Shown: positions 36,780 to 48,055 of the stretch, in pieces | Position numbering within the stretch: position 1 is the first letter of the stretch | Layout of the letters: each line of letters begins with the position of its first letter | Origin: an uncultured bacterium | GTDB taxonomy: Bacteria > Arandabacterota > Arandabacteria > Arandabacterales > Arandabacteraceae | Length of the DNA: 64,000 nt | Assembly (NCBI GenBank): GCA_964598025.1 | Contig: CAZRAU010000006.1 | Location: forward strand, 3,600 to 67,599 | Direction: 5' to 3' | Made by a program: the position numbers and the translations under genes | Notes under the pieces: generated by a model | Seen by the model: only the letters and a program-made list of their open reading frames with translations | Databases searched by the model: none | Told to the model about the DNA's origin: nothing

Positions 36780-37592
36780 ATGAGCGAGATCTATGACATT
36801 CTTCGGGATCAGGCTCTTAAGAAGACGAGGGACTTCAAGGACGACGATTTCCTGATAAGGGGTCTTTGGAAGATCGACCTGGCATTTCGGCCGAATGTGC
36901 ACGAAAGGACATTCCGCTATGCGTTCCTGGTGAGCCAAACCGTCGGCCAGGGGTCTTGTTACTGTGACACGGAGCTCGTGATCGACGATACCCTTATCGG
37001 GAAAGACGCACGGGAAGTCATCGAGGAGAGAGACTGTTACAGTATCTCCGTGCTCGATTCGCTCTATGCCTCAATACCCAAGAAACCGTTTCGTGTGCAC
37101 GAGATACGAGGCAATTCGATTCAGAAGACCGCCCTCCGGAACGAAATCCTCATGAGTGAAGTCGAAGCGGTCCTGGGATCGGTGAGGGCTGAGAATCCCC
37201 GAATCCTCAATGTGGGCGTTCTCGGCAACCTGATCAAGGGACTGGCGGACAAAGGTTATTCGGTGGTGGCCACCGATCTGGAGGAAGGGATCATAGGCAC
37301 TTCGGTTCATGGCACCAGTATCGAACACGGATCCAGGACCTACCACCACATCGCCGATTCGGATGTGGCGGTAATCACCGGGATGACCCTTACGACGGAT
37401 GCCATGGGAGATATCATCGAGACTTGCAAGACCCATGGGACCAAGATAGTGATCTTCGCGGAGACCGGCGCCAATTTCGGGGAGGAATACTGCACCACAC
37501 TGGGCGTCGATTCGGTGGTGTCGGAGCTCTTCCCCTTCTATATCTTCCAGGGCGTGAGCACGATTGAGGTCCACAGGAAGGGTGTGGCATGA
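36780..37592 (+). CDS. DUF364-like Rossmann-fold protein
   Basis: GQGSCY, VLDSLY, NVGVLG, AVITGMTLTTD, FAETGAN, ELFPFY. Confidence 0.7.
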   Translation: MSEIYDILRDQALKKTRDFKDDDFLIRGLWKIDLAFRPNVHERTFRYAFLVSQTVGQGSCYCDTELVIDDTLIGKDAREVIEERDCYSISVLDSLYASIPKKPFRVHEIRGNSIQKTALRNEILMSEVEAVLGSVRAENPRILNVGVLGNLIKGLADKGYSVVATDLEEGIIGTSVHGTSIEHGSRTYHHIADSDVAVITGMTLTTDAMGDIIETCKTHGTKIVIFAETGANFGEEYCTTLGVDSVVSELFPFYIFQGVSTIEVHRKGVA

Positions 37593-38851
37593 TTGAGAAG
37601 TATTTCATCAAGAACAACACGTTCTGCGCCGATGGGGTCGGGATCGATGAGGTTGTGTCAACCTGCGGCACACCCTGTTATCTCTATGCTGCAAGCGTAA
37701 TCGATGAGAAGTATAAGAGAATCACATCCGGTTTCCCTGGGTTCGACATATTCTACTCCTTCAAGGCCAATCCGAATGTTGCAATCGCCCGAAGATTGCG
37801 CTCACTGGGGGCCTGCGCCGACATAAGTTCCATGGGTGAGCTCGAGGCCGCTATCGAGGCGGGTTTTGAGCCCGGGGATATTGCCTTTGTGGGACCGGGC
37901 AAGACCGAGCGGGAAATCGACGCGGCAATCCGGACAGGGGTGTATGCCGTAGCTGCTGAGTCGGCACAGGAGCTGGCTCTGATCGAAACCGTATCACGCA
38001 GGCTATCCGTGCCGGTGGATGTCTTGCTCAGGATCAACACACTGGAAAAGCCGTCCTCGCCCGAGATGATGGTTGGGGGCCCGAGCAAATTTGGGTTCGA
38101 TGAGGAGTCGGTGGTCCAAGCGGTGCGAGGAGTGAAACTCGACGGCGCCCGGCTTGTCGGCATCCACGTTTATTCCGCGAGCCAGGTCTTGGATTCAGGC
38201 TTCATCTCGAAGCACCTTGATTACGTTGCCGGCCTGGCCCTGAGCCTTTCAAACGAACTGGACTTCGAGCTCCGTTGCATCGACTTCGGAGGAGGCTTCG
38301 GTGTTCCGTACGAGAATGACCAGTCCGATCTGGATCTCGTACCCATATCACTGGTCGCTGCAGGCGTGAGACGGAGGCTGGCGGAACAAGCGCCGGGTTG
38401 CCGGCTTATTCTCGAGGTGGGACGGTATCTGCTTGCCGAGTCCGGCGTCTTCGTTACCAGGGCGCTTCGGATCAAGGAATCCAGGGGGACATGCTTCATC
38501 ATAACCGATGGAGGCATGAACCACTTCAGCAGACCGGTCTTCATGCGCGTGAAGCACGCTGCCCGGATTCTGAACAAGCTTGCGCTTAGAAGTGACACCA
38601 GGTGCAGCGTCGCAGGTCCCATCTGCACGCCGATCGATGTAATGGCGACCGATGTGCTGCTGCCCCGTCCCGAGGCCGGTGATGTGGTGGGGATCTTCCA
38701 TGCCGGAGCCTACGGATATACGATGAGTATGATGGACTTCATGAGCCTGGGTGCACCCGCCGAGGTCCTGGCCGATGCCGGCCGGCTCCGCCTGATACGC
38801 AAGCCCAAGCCGCCGGCCCATGCCCTGGACGGCCAGATCTTTCCCGGATAG
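37589..38851 (+). CDS. PLP-dependent group IV decarboxylase (LysA/BtrK-like)
   Basis: YSFKANP (PLP Lys), GPGKT, SKFG, DFGGGFG, LEVGRYL, GPICTPID, GAYG; ATGA overlap with the upstream gene. Confidence 0.88.
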   Translation: MIEKYFIKNNTFCADGVGIDEVVSTCGTPCYLYAASVIDEKYKRITSGFPGFDIFYSFKANPNVAIARRLRSLGACADISSMGELEAAIEAGFEPGDIAFVGPGKTEREIDAAIRTGVYAVAAESAQELALIETVSRRLSVPVDVLLRINTLEKPSSPEMMVGGPSKFGFDEESVVQAVRGVKLDGARLVGIHVYSASQVLDSGFISKHLDYVAGLALSLSNELDFELRCIDFGGGFGVPYENDQSDLDLVPISLVAAGVRRRLAEQAPGCRLILEVGRYLLAESGVFVTRALRIKESRGTCFIITDGGMNHFSRPVFMRVKHAARILNKLALRSDTRCSVAGPICTPIDVMATDVLLPRPEAGDVVGIFHAGAYGYTMSMMDFMSLGAPAEVLADAGRLRLIRKPKPPAHALDGQIFPG

Positions 38852-39001
38852 TCACCGTTTGTGTAGCGCAGGGATTCCACCCCCGACGGCGACCTGCCGC
38901 CCCATCGGTACAAGGTGGAAATGGCGAGCCAAGTGTGGTATACTATAGCCACGACAGTAGACGATTATCTGCCGGCGGGCTTCTTAATGAAAGGAATGAC
39001 C

Positions 39002-41467
39002 ATGAACGGGCGGAGGCGTCTTTGCGTCTTGACGGCAGTTGGAATCCTGCTTGCTGTGGGGCTAGCCCCGGCTCTTGGCAACACCGAAGGGGCTGAGGCA
39101 AGCCTTGAGGAGATCAGGGACAGGATCGAAGCGGAGGGGCTCTCCTGGGTCGCGGGTGAAACCGATATTTCCAGGCTTCCTGCCGAGGAACGACAGAAGC
39201 TCCTAGGACTTATCATACCTGAGGACTACGAGTCCAGGCTAGAGGCAATTCGGGCCGAAGGGCCGGCATACGCACCGCTTTCACTTCCGTCGCGCTTTGA
39301 CTGGACGGATTCGGCCGGTGTTTCCCCCGTCAGGTATCAGCAATGTGGAGACTGCTGGTGCCAGTGCGCGGTCGCAGCCATAGAATCCAAGATTCGCATA
39401 TTCGACGGCGACAACACCCGGCTTTCGGTCCAGCAAGGGATCGACTGTAACTTCGGTGGTTCCAGTTGCGACGGTGGCTGGATGGAGGACGTCTATGACC
39501 TGTTCAGAGTGGTGGGTGCAGTGTCCCAAGCCTGCTTTCCCTACCGGGGTGGAATCAACGGGGACTGCGACCAGGACACATGTGATTTCCTGCTGAATGT
39601 CGACGGCTACGAAGAGATCGATACAAGCGTAGCCAGCATAAAGACCCACCTTATGACAAACGGACCTATCGCTGTCGGGATGACCGTATTCAACGATTTC
39701 TACTACTATGATAAGGGCTGCTACGAGCATGACGAAAGCGGCGCCGTGAATCACGGAGTTTTGATCGTCGGCTGGGATGACAGCAAGTGCAGCGGTCAGG
39801 GCGCCTGGCACATAAAGAACAGTTGGGGAACCGGTTGGGGGGAGTCGGGATTTGCATGGATGAAGTACGGGGCGGCCGGCATCGGTGAGGGGGCCTCGAT
39901 TGTCCATTACACGCCGCGAAACCGCGCCAAGCTCTTGGTGGATTCCTTCGTGATTGATGACTGCGCCGGTGACGGTGACGGCACCCCTGAAGCCGGCGAA
40001 TCGATCTCCCTGCCCCTGACACTCGAAAACACAGGCTGGGAGAATGCTACGGGCATTACCGCGGCCTTAACCTCCACGGATCCGGACGTTTTCATCACCA
40101 TTGCATCGGTCTCGTTCCCGGATATAGCCGTCGGCGGAGCCGAGCAGTCCGACCCACCTCATTTCGCATTTACCATAGACAGCGCCGTCCCCTGTGGACA
40201 GCGGCTCCATTTCATCATCTCGGTGGATTCCGATCAGGGCATCTCGACCGATATCTTCGAAATGTTGGTGAGTGAGGCCCAGACGGTCTTCTTTGACGAC
40301 GCGGAAAACGATTTGGGTTGGTCCCTCGGGGCACCCGGTGATGATGCGTCCCCTGGGGATTGGAGATGGCTGAATCCGAGGGGAAGCTTCCAGGACAGTT
40401 TCCTGGTCCAGACGGAGCTCGATCATACACCTGGTATCTCGACTAGGGCCTTCGTGACTCAGAACGCGAACCGCGCCTTTGCTCCCGATCTCAACGATGT
40501 GGATGGCGGCAAGACCACGTTGACATCGCCTCTCCTAGACCTATCCGATTATGCCTCTGCCTTGCTCCGTTATTGGAGATGGTATACCAACGATACGGGC
40601 GAATACGTCGATGACACCTGGCAGGTGGATGTGTCACAGGATGCCGGCGTTTCCTGGGTGAATCTGGAAACCGAATCGGCGAGTGCTAGAGCCTGGGAGC
40701 CCGTGGAGTACGATCTCGGACAGCATATCCTGCTGACCGATGAGGTCTTGGTGCGATTCATTGCCAGTGATTATGGGGATGACTCCACCGTCGAGGCGGC
40801 GGTCGATGATTTCGAGATAACGGGTTGCCCGGCCTCGGTCGATGTGATACCGGCGTCCATCCAGGTGCTTGCTCCCAATGGCGGGGAATTGATCAATGAA
40901 GGCTCCGAGTATGAGATTACCTGGATTGCTCTGGATGATTACGGTATCAGGCATCTCACGATACTGGCATCTTATGACGGTGGTACGACCTTCGACGACA
41001 CTGTGGGTGTGGTAGGCGGCTTCGACACCTCCGTAATGTGGGATGTGCCGACGGGCGATAATGCGGCCTGCAAGATAGGAGTCGAGGCCACAGACAGAGG
41101 GTACAACACGACGTTCGACGAAAGCGATGCCCCGTTTTCTATTGTGCGGGATGTCTCGGGTGTGGAGGAGCAACCCCTTGAGGCCCCCGGTGATGTCATG
41201 CTCGTGGGCAGTGAGCGCAATCCCTTCACGGGTTCGACGCACATCTTCTTCGGCGTACCCCGGAGGATGGACGTAAGCGTGCGCGTATTTGATGCCCAGG
41301 GAAGGCTGAGCAGAGAGCTGGTCCAAATGACCGCGGGGGCAGGTTATCACTCCGTGCTGTGGGATGGGAAGTCCGGCTCGGGAAGCCGCGCCGCACCCGG
41401 CGTCTATTTTGTTAGGCTTGATACCGAGGCCGGCGGCCGTACATCCAAGGTGGTGTTGGCCAGATAG
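39002..41467 (+). CDS. Secreted papain-family (C1A) cysteine peptidase with accessory domains and FlgD-like C-terminal domain
   Basis: LPSRFDW, QQCGDCW, NHGVLIVGW, IKNSWGTGWGESG; C-terminus VFDAQGRL...WDGKSGSG...PGVYFVRL. Confidence 0.9.
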   Translation: MNGRRRLCVLTAVGILLAVGLAPALGNTEGAEASLEEIRDRIEAEGLSWVAGETDISRLPAEERQKLLGLIIPEDYESRLEAIRAEGPAYAPLSLPSRFDWTDSAGVSPVRYQQCGDCWCQCAVAAIESKIRIFDGDNTRLSVQQGIDCNFGGSSCDGGWMEDVYDLFRVVGAVSQACFPYRGGINGDCDQDTCDFLLNVDGYEEIDTSVASIKTHLMTNGPIAVGMTVFNDFYYYDKGCYEHDESGAVNHGVLIVGWDDSKCSGQGAWHIKNSWGTGWGESGFAWMKYGAAGIGEGASIVHYTPRNRAKLLVDSFVIDDCAGDGDGTPEAGESISLPLTLENTGWENATGITAALTSTDPDVFITIASVSFPDIAVGGAEQSDPPHFAFTIDSAVPCGQRLHFIISVDSDQGISTDIFEMLVSEAQTVFFDDAENDLGWSLGAPGDDASPGDWRWLNPRGSFQDSFLVQTELDHTPGISTRAFVTQNANRAFAPDLNDVDGGKTTLTSPLLDLSDYASALLRYWRWYTNDTGEYVDDTWQVDVSQDAGVSWVNLETESASARAWEPVEYDLGQHILLTDEVLVRFIASDYGDDSTVEAAVDDFEITGCPASVDVIPASIQVLAPNGGELINEGSEYEITWIALDDYGIRHLTILASYDGGTTFDDTVGVVGGFDTSVMWDVPTGDNAACKIGVEATDRGYNTTFDESDAPFSIVRDVSGVEEQPLEAPGDVMLVGSERNPFTGSTHIFFGVPRRMDVSVRVFDAQGRLSRELVQMTAGAGYHSVLWDGKSGSGSRAAPGVYFVRLDTEAGGRTSKVVLAR

Positions 41468-41548
41468 ATGTTCGGGTCCCTATAGTGTCTGCTCTTTGTG
41501 GCCGACCCTGGTCGGCATAGACGGCCGGCCGAGGCGCGCCGAAAGCGA

Positions 41549-41577
41549 TTGAGTACAGCCCCTGCGGCTGTTATGCT
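41549..41577 (+). promoter_or_regulatory. Sigma70-type promoter of ilvE
   Basis: TTGAGT-17-TATGCT with TGn extension. Confidence 0.55.
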
Positions 41578-41625
41578 TACCCGGTATCTCAAAGTCAACG
41601 ATCCCTGTCGAGGGAGGAGGGTAGC

Positions 41626-42537
41626 ATGCCACAGTACGCCTACTTCAAAGGAGCGATCGTCCCCATCGAGGAAGCCAAGGTCAGCATCATGACCCACGCA
41701 CTCAACTATGGTACAGGCGCATTCGAGGGCATACGGGCATACTGGAACGACAAGGAGAAACGGCTCTTCGTCTTCAGAATGCCCGAGCATTATGACAGGA
41801 TGCACAAGTCATGCTCGATACTGAAGATCAAGCTTCCCCACACCACCAAGCAATTGTGCGACATAACATGCGAGCTTCTGAGGAAGGAAGGTTGCACGGA
41901 AGATACCTATATCAGGCCCCTGGCCTACAAGGCCTCGGAAGGAATCGGTGTCAGGCTGCACGGCCTGGAAGACGGTTTCTGCATCTTCGCCGTCCCCTTC
42001 GGCAGGTACATCGAAAAGGAGGAGGGGGCCCGTGTCGCAGTATCCTCATGGCGGCGGATCGATGACAATGCCGCCCCGGCAAGGGCGAAGGTGACCGGCA
42101 TATATATTAACTCGGCCCTTTCCAAGACCGAGGTCATGGAGCGGGGTTTCGATGAGGCCATAGTGCTTAATCATGACGGCCATGTCTCGGAAGGGAGTGC
42201 GGAGAACATCTTTCTGGTGCGGGAAGGGAAACTCGTGACTCCATCGCCGGCCGACAATATCCTTGAGGGGATCACGCGCGCGACCGTAATGCAAGTAGCC
42301 GGGGATGATCTGGGCATAGGGACGACTGAGCGGCAGATAGACAGGAGTGAGCTCTACATAGCCGATGAAGTGTTCTTCTGTGGTACCGGTGTTCAGGTCG
42401 CCGCCGTGATAGAAGTGGATGGAAGACCGGTGGGTGACGGCAAGATAGGTCCGGTGACCGAAAAGATCAGGGACCTCTATTTCGACATCGTCAAAGGCAA
42501 GGTGGCCAAGTACAAGAATTGGTGCACTCCCGTATAG
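41626..42537 (+). CDS. ilvE: Branched-chain amino acid aminotransferase
   Basis: HALNYGTGAFEGIRAY, YIRP, AKVTG.Y, EGSAENIF, ILEGITR, CGTG. Confidence 0.95.
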   Translation: MPQYAYFKGAIVPIEEAKVSIMTHALNYGTGAFEGIRAYWNDKEKRLFVFRMPEHYDRMHKSCSILKIKLPHTTKQLCDITCELLRKEGCTEDTYIRPLAYKASEGIGVRLHGLEDGFCIFAVPFGRYIEKEEGARVAVSSWRRIDDNAAPARAKVTGIYINSALSKTEVMERGFDEAIVLNHDGHVSEGSAENIFLVREGKLVTPSPADNILEGITRATVMQVAGDDLGIGTTERQIDRSELYIADEVFFCGTGVQVAAVIEVDGRPVGDGKIGPVTEKIRDLYFDIVKGKVAKYKNWCTPV

Positions 42538-42610
42538 CAACGGCTTCGCTCCGTCCCCGTGTAGCGTCGGGTCTCCGTGCCCGACGTGGTCTGCCTCGCG
42601 GGTGCTGAAG

Positions 42611-44041
42611 CTATGGGAGTTCTCCAAGGAGTCGGCGGAGGATTGCAGCCTGGGTCTCGGGGCCCGTGTCGTCCGTGACTAGTCTCGCGTCACAGGTGCT
42701 GAAGGTGTCGGCGAGTGACCGGTAGCATGTGACCAGTACGGATACTCGTGATGCTTCTATCATCCGGCGGATGGCCTCCATGGAGTGCTCTAGCCTGAGC
42801 GGTTCCATAAGCCAGAGGATGAGCAACTTGCCCGCTGCTTCCTCCTCGGTGCCGATCTCCTTTATGTGCTTCGGGTGCCGTCGGGTCTGCTCAAGCAAGC
42901 CCGGATCGGTTGTGACACATGTCAACTCGCCATCCCTGAGCGGAAGCATGCCACAAGGATCCTCCACATGGACGGATGCAGTCATCACCCGTTCTCGCAA
43001 TTCAAGGTAGTGTCCACGGGAGATGCCTTCCATGGGCCGCCGGCCGGATGAGATTCTCTCAAGCAAAGCCTGTCGCCTCGAGACAGATTCCATGAGCCGG
43101 GCCCGGTCAAGCCTTCCGGATACGGCATCGGCCGTCATTGCCTCAAACGCTTCTTCGAATCTAATCGAGTTCTCGGTGTATAACAGGCTATCCACTCCGG
43201 CATCCAATGCCGCCCTTGAACTCTCGGCTGGACTGCTGTTCCGGGTCACGGCATCCATGTCGAGCGAGTCGGTAATGACCAAGCCGTCAAAGCCGAGAGC
43301 GCCCCTCAAGAGGTTTCTGATAACCTGCCCCGAGAGCGACGCCGGGAGGCGCCTAGCCTCAAGGGCATCATAGTGGCAGTGGCTTATCATGATGCCGTCC
43401 ACCCCGGCCCGGACGGCCGACACGAAGGGAGGGACATGGATGGATTCCAGGATCTCTCGCGACGTACTCACCACAGGCATATCAAGGTGGGAGTCAACCG
43501 TGGTCATGCCGTGCCCGGGGAAGTGCTTGGCAACGCATCCGGTATACTGCCTCGATGCCTCTATGAACGCCTTGCCATAATGCTCGACGGCGTCCCGCTC
43601 GCTTCCGAATGCGCGGCACCCGATGATTGGATTCACAGGCTCGGTGTTGACATCCATGCAGGGAGCAAGGTTGATGTCGATACCGAGGTCGGCCAGGGCT
43701 TCCGACATATGCCGGTAAAACGTCCGGGCCTCAGGCGGTTCCAGATGTCTTGATACCGCGGCGGCGCTCGGAGCCGACGGGAAGAAGCCCGAGATCTGGG
43801 TGACTCTTCCTCCCTCCTCATCCATCATTAGGATCGGTTGGACGCGATGTTGTCTTATTTTGCTCTTGGCGTCTTTGATCTGCTGTATTGAATCCTCAAA
43901 CGACGCCTTCAAGGCATCCTTGAAGACGATATAGTTGCCGACAGGAAAGCGGTCGAGGTCGAGATCACCCAAGTCCCGCGGCAGTCTCATGGTGAAGATC
44001 CGGCCGAGGAGAAGCCTGGCGTCTTTTTCGTTAAGTCCCAC
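42611..44041 (-). CDS. nagZ: GH3 beta-N-acetylhexosaminidase
   Basis: DEEGGRV, LAPCMDV, IGCRAFG, KHFPGHG, DSH, ITDSLDM. Confidence 0.88.
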   Translation of the reverse strand: MGLNEKDARLLLGRIFTMRLPRDLGDLDLDRFPVGNYIVFKDALKASFEDSIQQIKDAKSKIRQHRVQPILMMDEEGGRVTQISGFFPSAPSAAAVSRHLEPPEARTFYRHMSEALADLGIDINLAPCMDVNTEPVNPIIGCRAFGSERDAVEHYGKAFIEASRQYTGCVAKHFPGHGMTTVDSHLDMPVVSTSREILESIHVPPFVSAVRAGVDGIMISHCHYDALEARRLPASLSGQVIRNLLRGALGFDGLVITDSLDMDAVTRNSSPAESSRAALDAGVDSLLYTENSIRFEEAFEAMTADAVSGRLDRARLMESVSRRQALLERISSGRRPMEGISRGHYLELRERVMTASVHVEDPCGMLPLRDGELTCVTTDPGLLEQTRRHPKHIKEIGTEEEAAGKLLILWLMEPLRLEHSMEAIRRMIEASRVSVLVTCYRSLADTFSTCDARLVTDDTGPETQAAILRRLLGELP

Positions 44042-44050
44042 CGTTATCTC

Positions 44051-46180
<2,130 letters not shown>

Positions 46181-46257
46181 GTGCTCCACCTCGGTTATAC
46201 TACATACGAAGGTAGATGGTTGCTCGGCGTTTCCATCTGTTTCGGGCAAGAGCTTAA

Positions 46258-47304
46258 ATGGGGTTTTGGCCGGTGTCCAATGAAAAACCTCTTGTTTCAG
46301 TAGTGATACCCAATCTCAACGGCAGAGAGATTCTGGCGGCCTGTCTCCGCTCGCTCGAGCGCCAGACCTTCAAGGATTTCGAGGTGATCATCGTCGATAA
46401 CGGGAGCACCGACGGTTCGGTCGAACTGGTGAGGTCGGAGTTCCCATGGCTGGGGACCATAATCGAAAACACGGCGAATTTGGGGTTCGCCAAAGCCTGT
46501 AATCAGGGGATCGAAGCGGGAAGCGGAGAGTTGATCGCGCTTCTTAATAACGATACCGATGCGCACCCCGCTTGGCTAGCCGGGCTGGTCAGGGCCGCAG
46601 GGGAGAATCCCGGCGCCGGCATGTTTGCCACTAAGACCCTGCTCTTTGACAGGAGGGATACGATAGACACTACCGGGCACCTTATCTATCGCGACGGCCT
46701 TAACCGCGGCAGGGGAAGGCTCGAGATCGACCGGGGCCAGTATGACGACAAGACCGACATCTTCTTCCCGAGCGGCTGCGCTGCCCTTTACAGGAGGAAG
46801 ATGTTCGACGAGATAGGCCTCTTCGACGAGCATCACTTCGCATACGGGGACGATACCGACATCGGCATACGGGGAAGGCTTGCAGGGTGGGCGTGCGTGT
46901 TTGTGCCCGGTGCCATCGTCTACCACATGTACTCAGCCACAACCGGCAAGTACTCTCCCATGAAGATCTATCTTGTTGAGCGCAACCGGCTGTGGATTGT
47001 GCTTAAGTACTTCCCGATGAAATACGTGCTGCTCAATCTCTTCTATACCAAGATCAGGTACATCTATCACTTCTATGGTGTGGTCCGCGGCAAAGGATCT
47101 TCAGGCAGATCGGTCTCGGAGCACTCCTTCTGGGAGCTCGCCCGGAGTGTCTACAGGGCCTATTGGGATGCATTCAAAGGTTTCCCGCGCGTTTGGCGGG
47201 AGCGCAAGCGCATGATGAGACTGAAGAAAGTATCCGGCCGGGAGATAGACCGCTGGTTCCGCGACTATGGGATATCGGCCAGGGAGATCGCCCTCCGCGA
47301 ATAA
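46258..47304 (+). CDS. GT2 family glycosyltransferase
   Basis: VSVVIPNLNG, VDNGSTDGS, NLGFAKACN, LLNNDT, DDTDIG, ERNRL. Confidence 0.93.
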   Translation: MGFWPVSNEKPLVSVVIPNLNGREILAACLRSLERQTFKDFEVIIVDNGSTDGSVELVRSEFPWLGTIIENTANLGFAKACNQGIEAGSGELIALLNNDTDAHPAWLAGLVRAAGENPGAGMFATKTLLFDRRDTIDTTGHLIYRDGLNRGRGRLEIDRGQYDDKTDIFFPSGCAALYRRKMFDEIGLFDEHHFAYGDDTDIGIRGRLAGWACVFVPGAIVYHMYSATTGKYSPMKIYLVERNRLWIVLKYFPMKYVLLNLFYTKIRYIYHFYGVVRGKGSSGRSVSEHSFWELARSVYRAYWDAFKGFPRVWRERKRMMRLKKVSGREIDRWFRDYGISAREIALRE

Positions 47305-47306
47305 CC

Positions 47307-47400
47307 CCAGGCAGGTGAAAACCGACCGCCTGCTTTGTTATGCTCGCCCCTCGTCACCGCGAAGTGGCCTCATTACACCTCGCTCCTGCGGCCTACGCAA
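47307..47400 (+). repeat. Degenerate copy of the 2157-2283 element (right TIR missing)
   Basis: 42/56 ungapped identity to the first 56 nt of the 2157 element by manual alignment, plus TACACCTCGCTCCT vs TACGCCTCGTTCCT. Confidence 0.7.
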
Positions 47401-47414
47401 GCTTTGAAAAAAGC

Positions 47415-47444
47415 TTGACTTACTGCACAAATGTGCAGTACGCT
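47415..47444 (+). promoter_or_regulatory. lexA promoter with a palindromic SOS box in the spacer
   Basis: TTGACT-18-TACGCT; TACTGCACA-AA-TGTGCAGTA at 47421-47440. Confidence 0.8.
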
Positions 47445-47450
47445 CAAAGC

Positions 47451-48053
47451 ATGGGGAAAAAAGACCGCATATACGAGTACATCCGGCAGGAGGTAGCCAA
47501 GAGGGGCATCCCGCCTACCATCAGGGAGATAGGCGAGCGCTTCGAGATCTCCTCCACAAACGGGGTGAGATACTTCCTCGACAAACTGGAAAAAGACGGC
47601 CTTATCAAGCGCCAGTCCAGGACCGCCAGGGGTATTGAGATAGTGGGAAGGGGTATGGCAGGTGAAGGCAGAACCGTGCCAATCCTGGGAAGAGTGCCTG
47701 CAGGAGAGCCCACCTTCTCGGAGGAATACAATGAGGGCATGCTGCTCCTTGATGACAACATCGCAAAGGGGGAAGGTATTTTTGCAGTCAGGGTCAAAGG
47801 GGACAGCATGATAGGTGCAGGCATAAACGACGGCGATCTTGCGATTGTAAAAAAGAACCCAACCCCTCAATCAGGAGAGATTGTTGTGGCCCTTATTGAG
47901 GATGAAGTGACCCTTAAGAGATTCATTCGCAGGGGAGGCAAGGTGATTCTAAGACCTGAAAACGAAGCCTATACCGATATCGATTTAACCAGTCTAGGCC
48001 ACGACAGGATAAGCATAATAGGAACGGTTCAAGCTTTGGTAAGAAGGTACTAG
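47451..48053 (+). CDS. lexA: SOS repressor LexA
   Basis: GIPPTIREIG wHTH, VPAG cleavage site, GDSM Ser, TLKR Lys. Confidence 0.95.
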   Translation: MGKKDRIYEYIRQEVAKRGIPPTIREIGERFEISSTNGVRYFLDKLEKDGLIKRQSRTARGIEIVGRGMAGEGRTVPILGRVPAGEPTFSEEYNEGMLLLDDNIAKGEGIFAVRVKGDSMIGAGINDGDLAIVKKNPTPQSGEIVVALIEDEVTLKRFIRRGGKVILRPENEAYTDIDLTSLGHDRISIIGTVQALVRRY

Positions 48054-48055
48054 GA

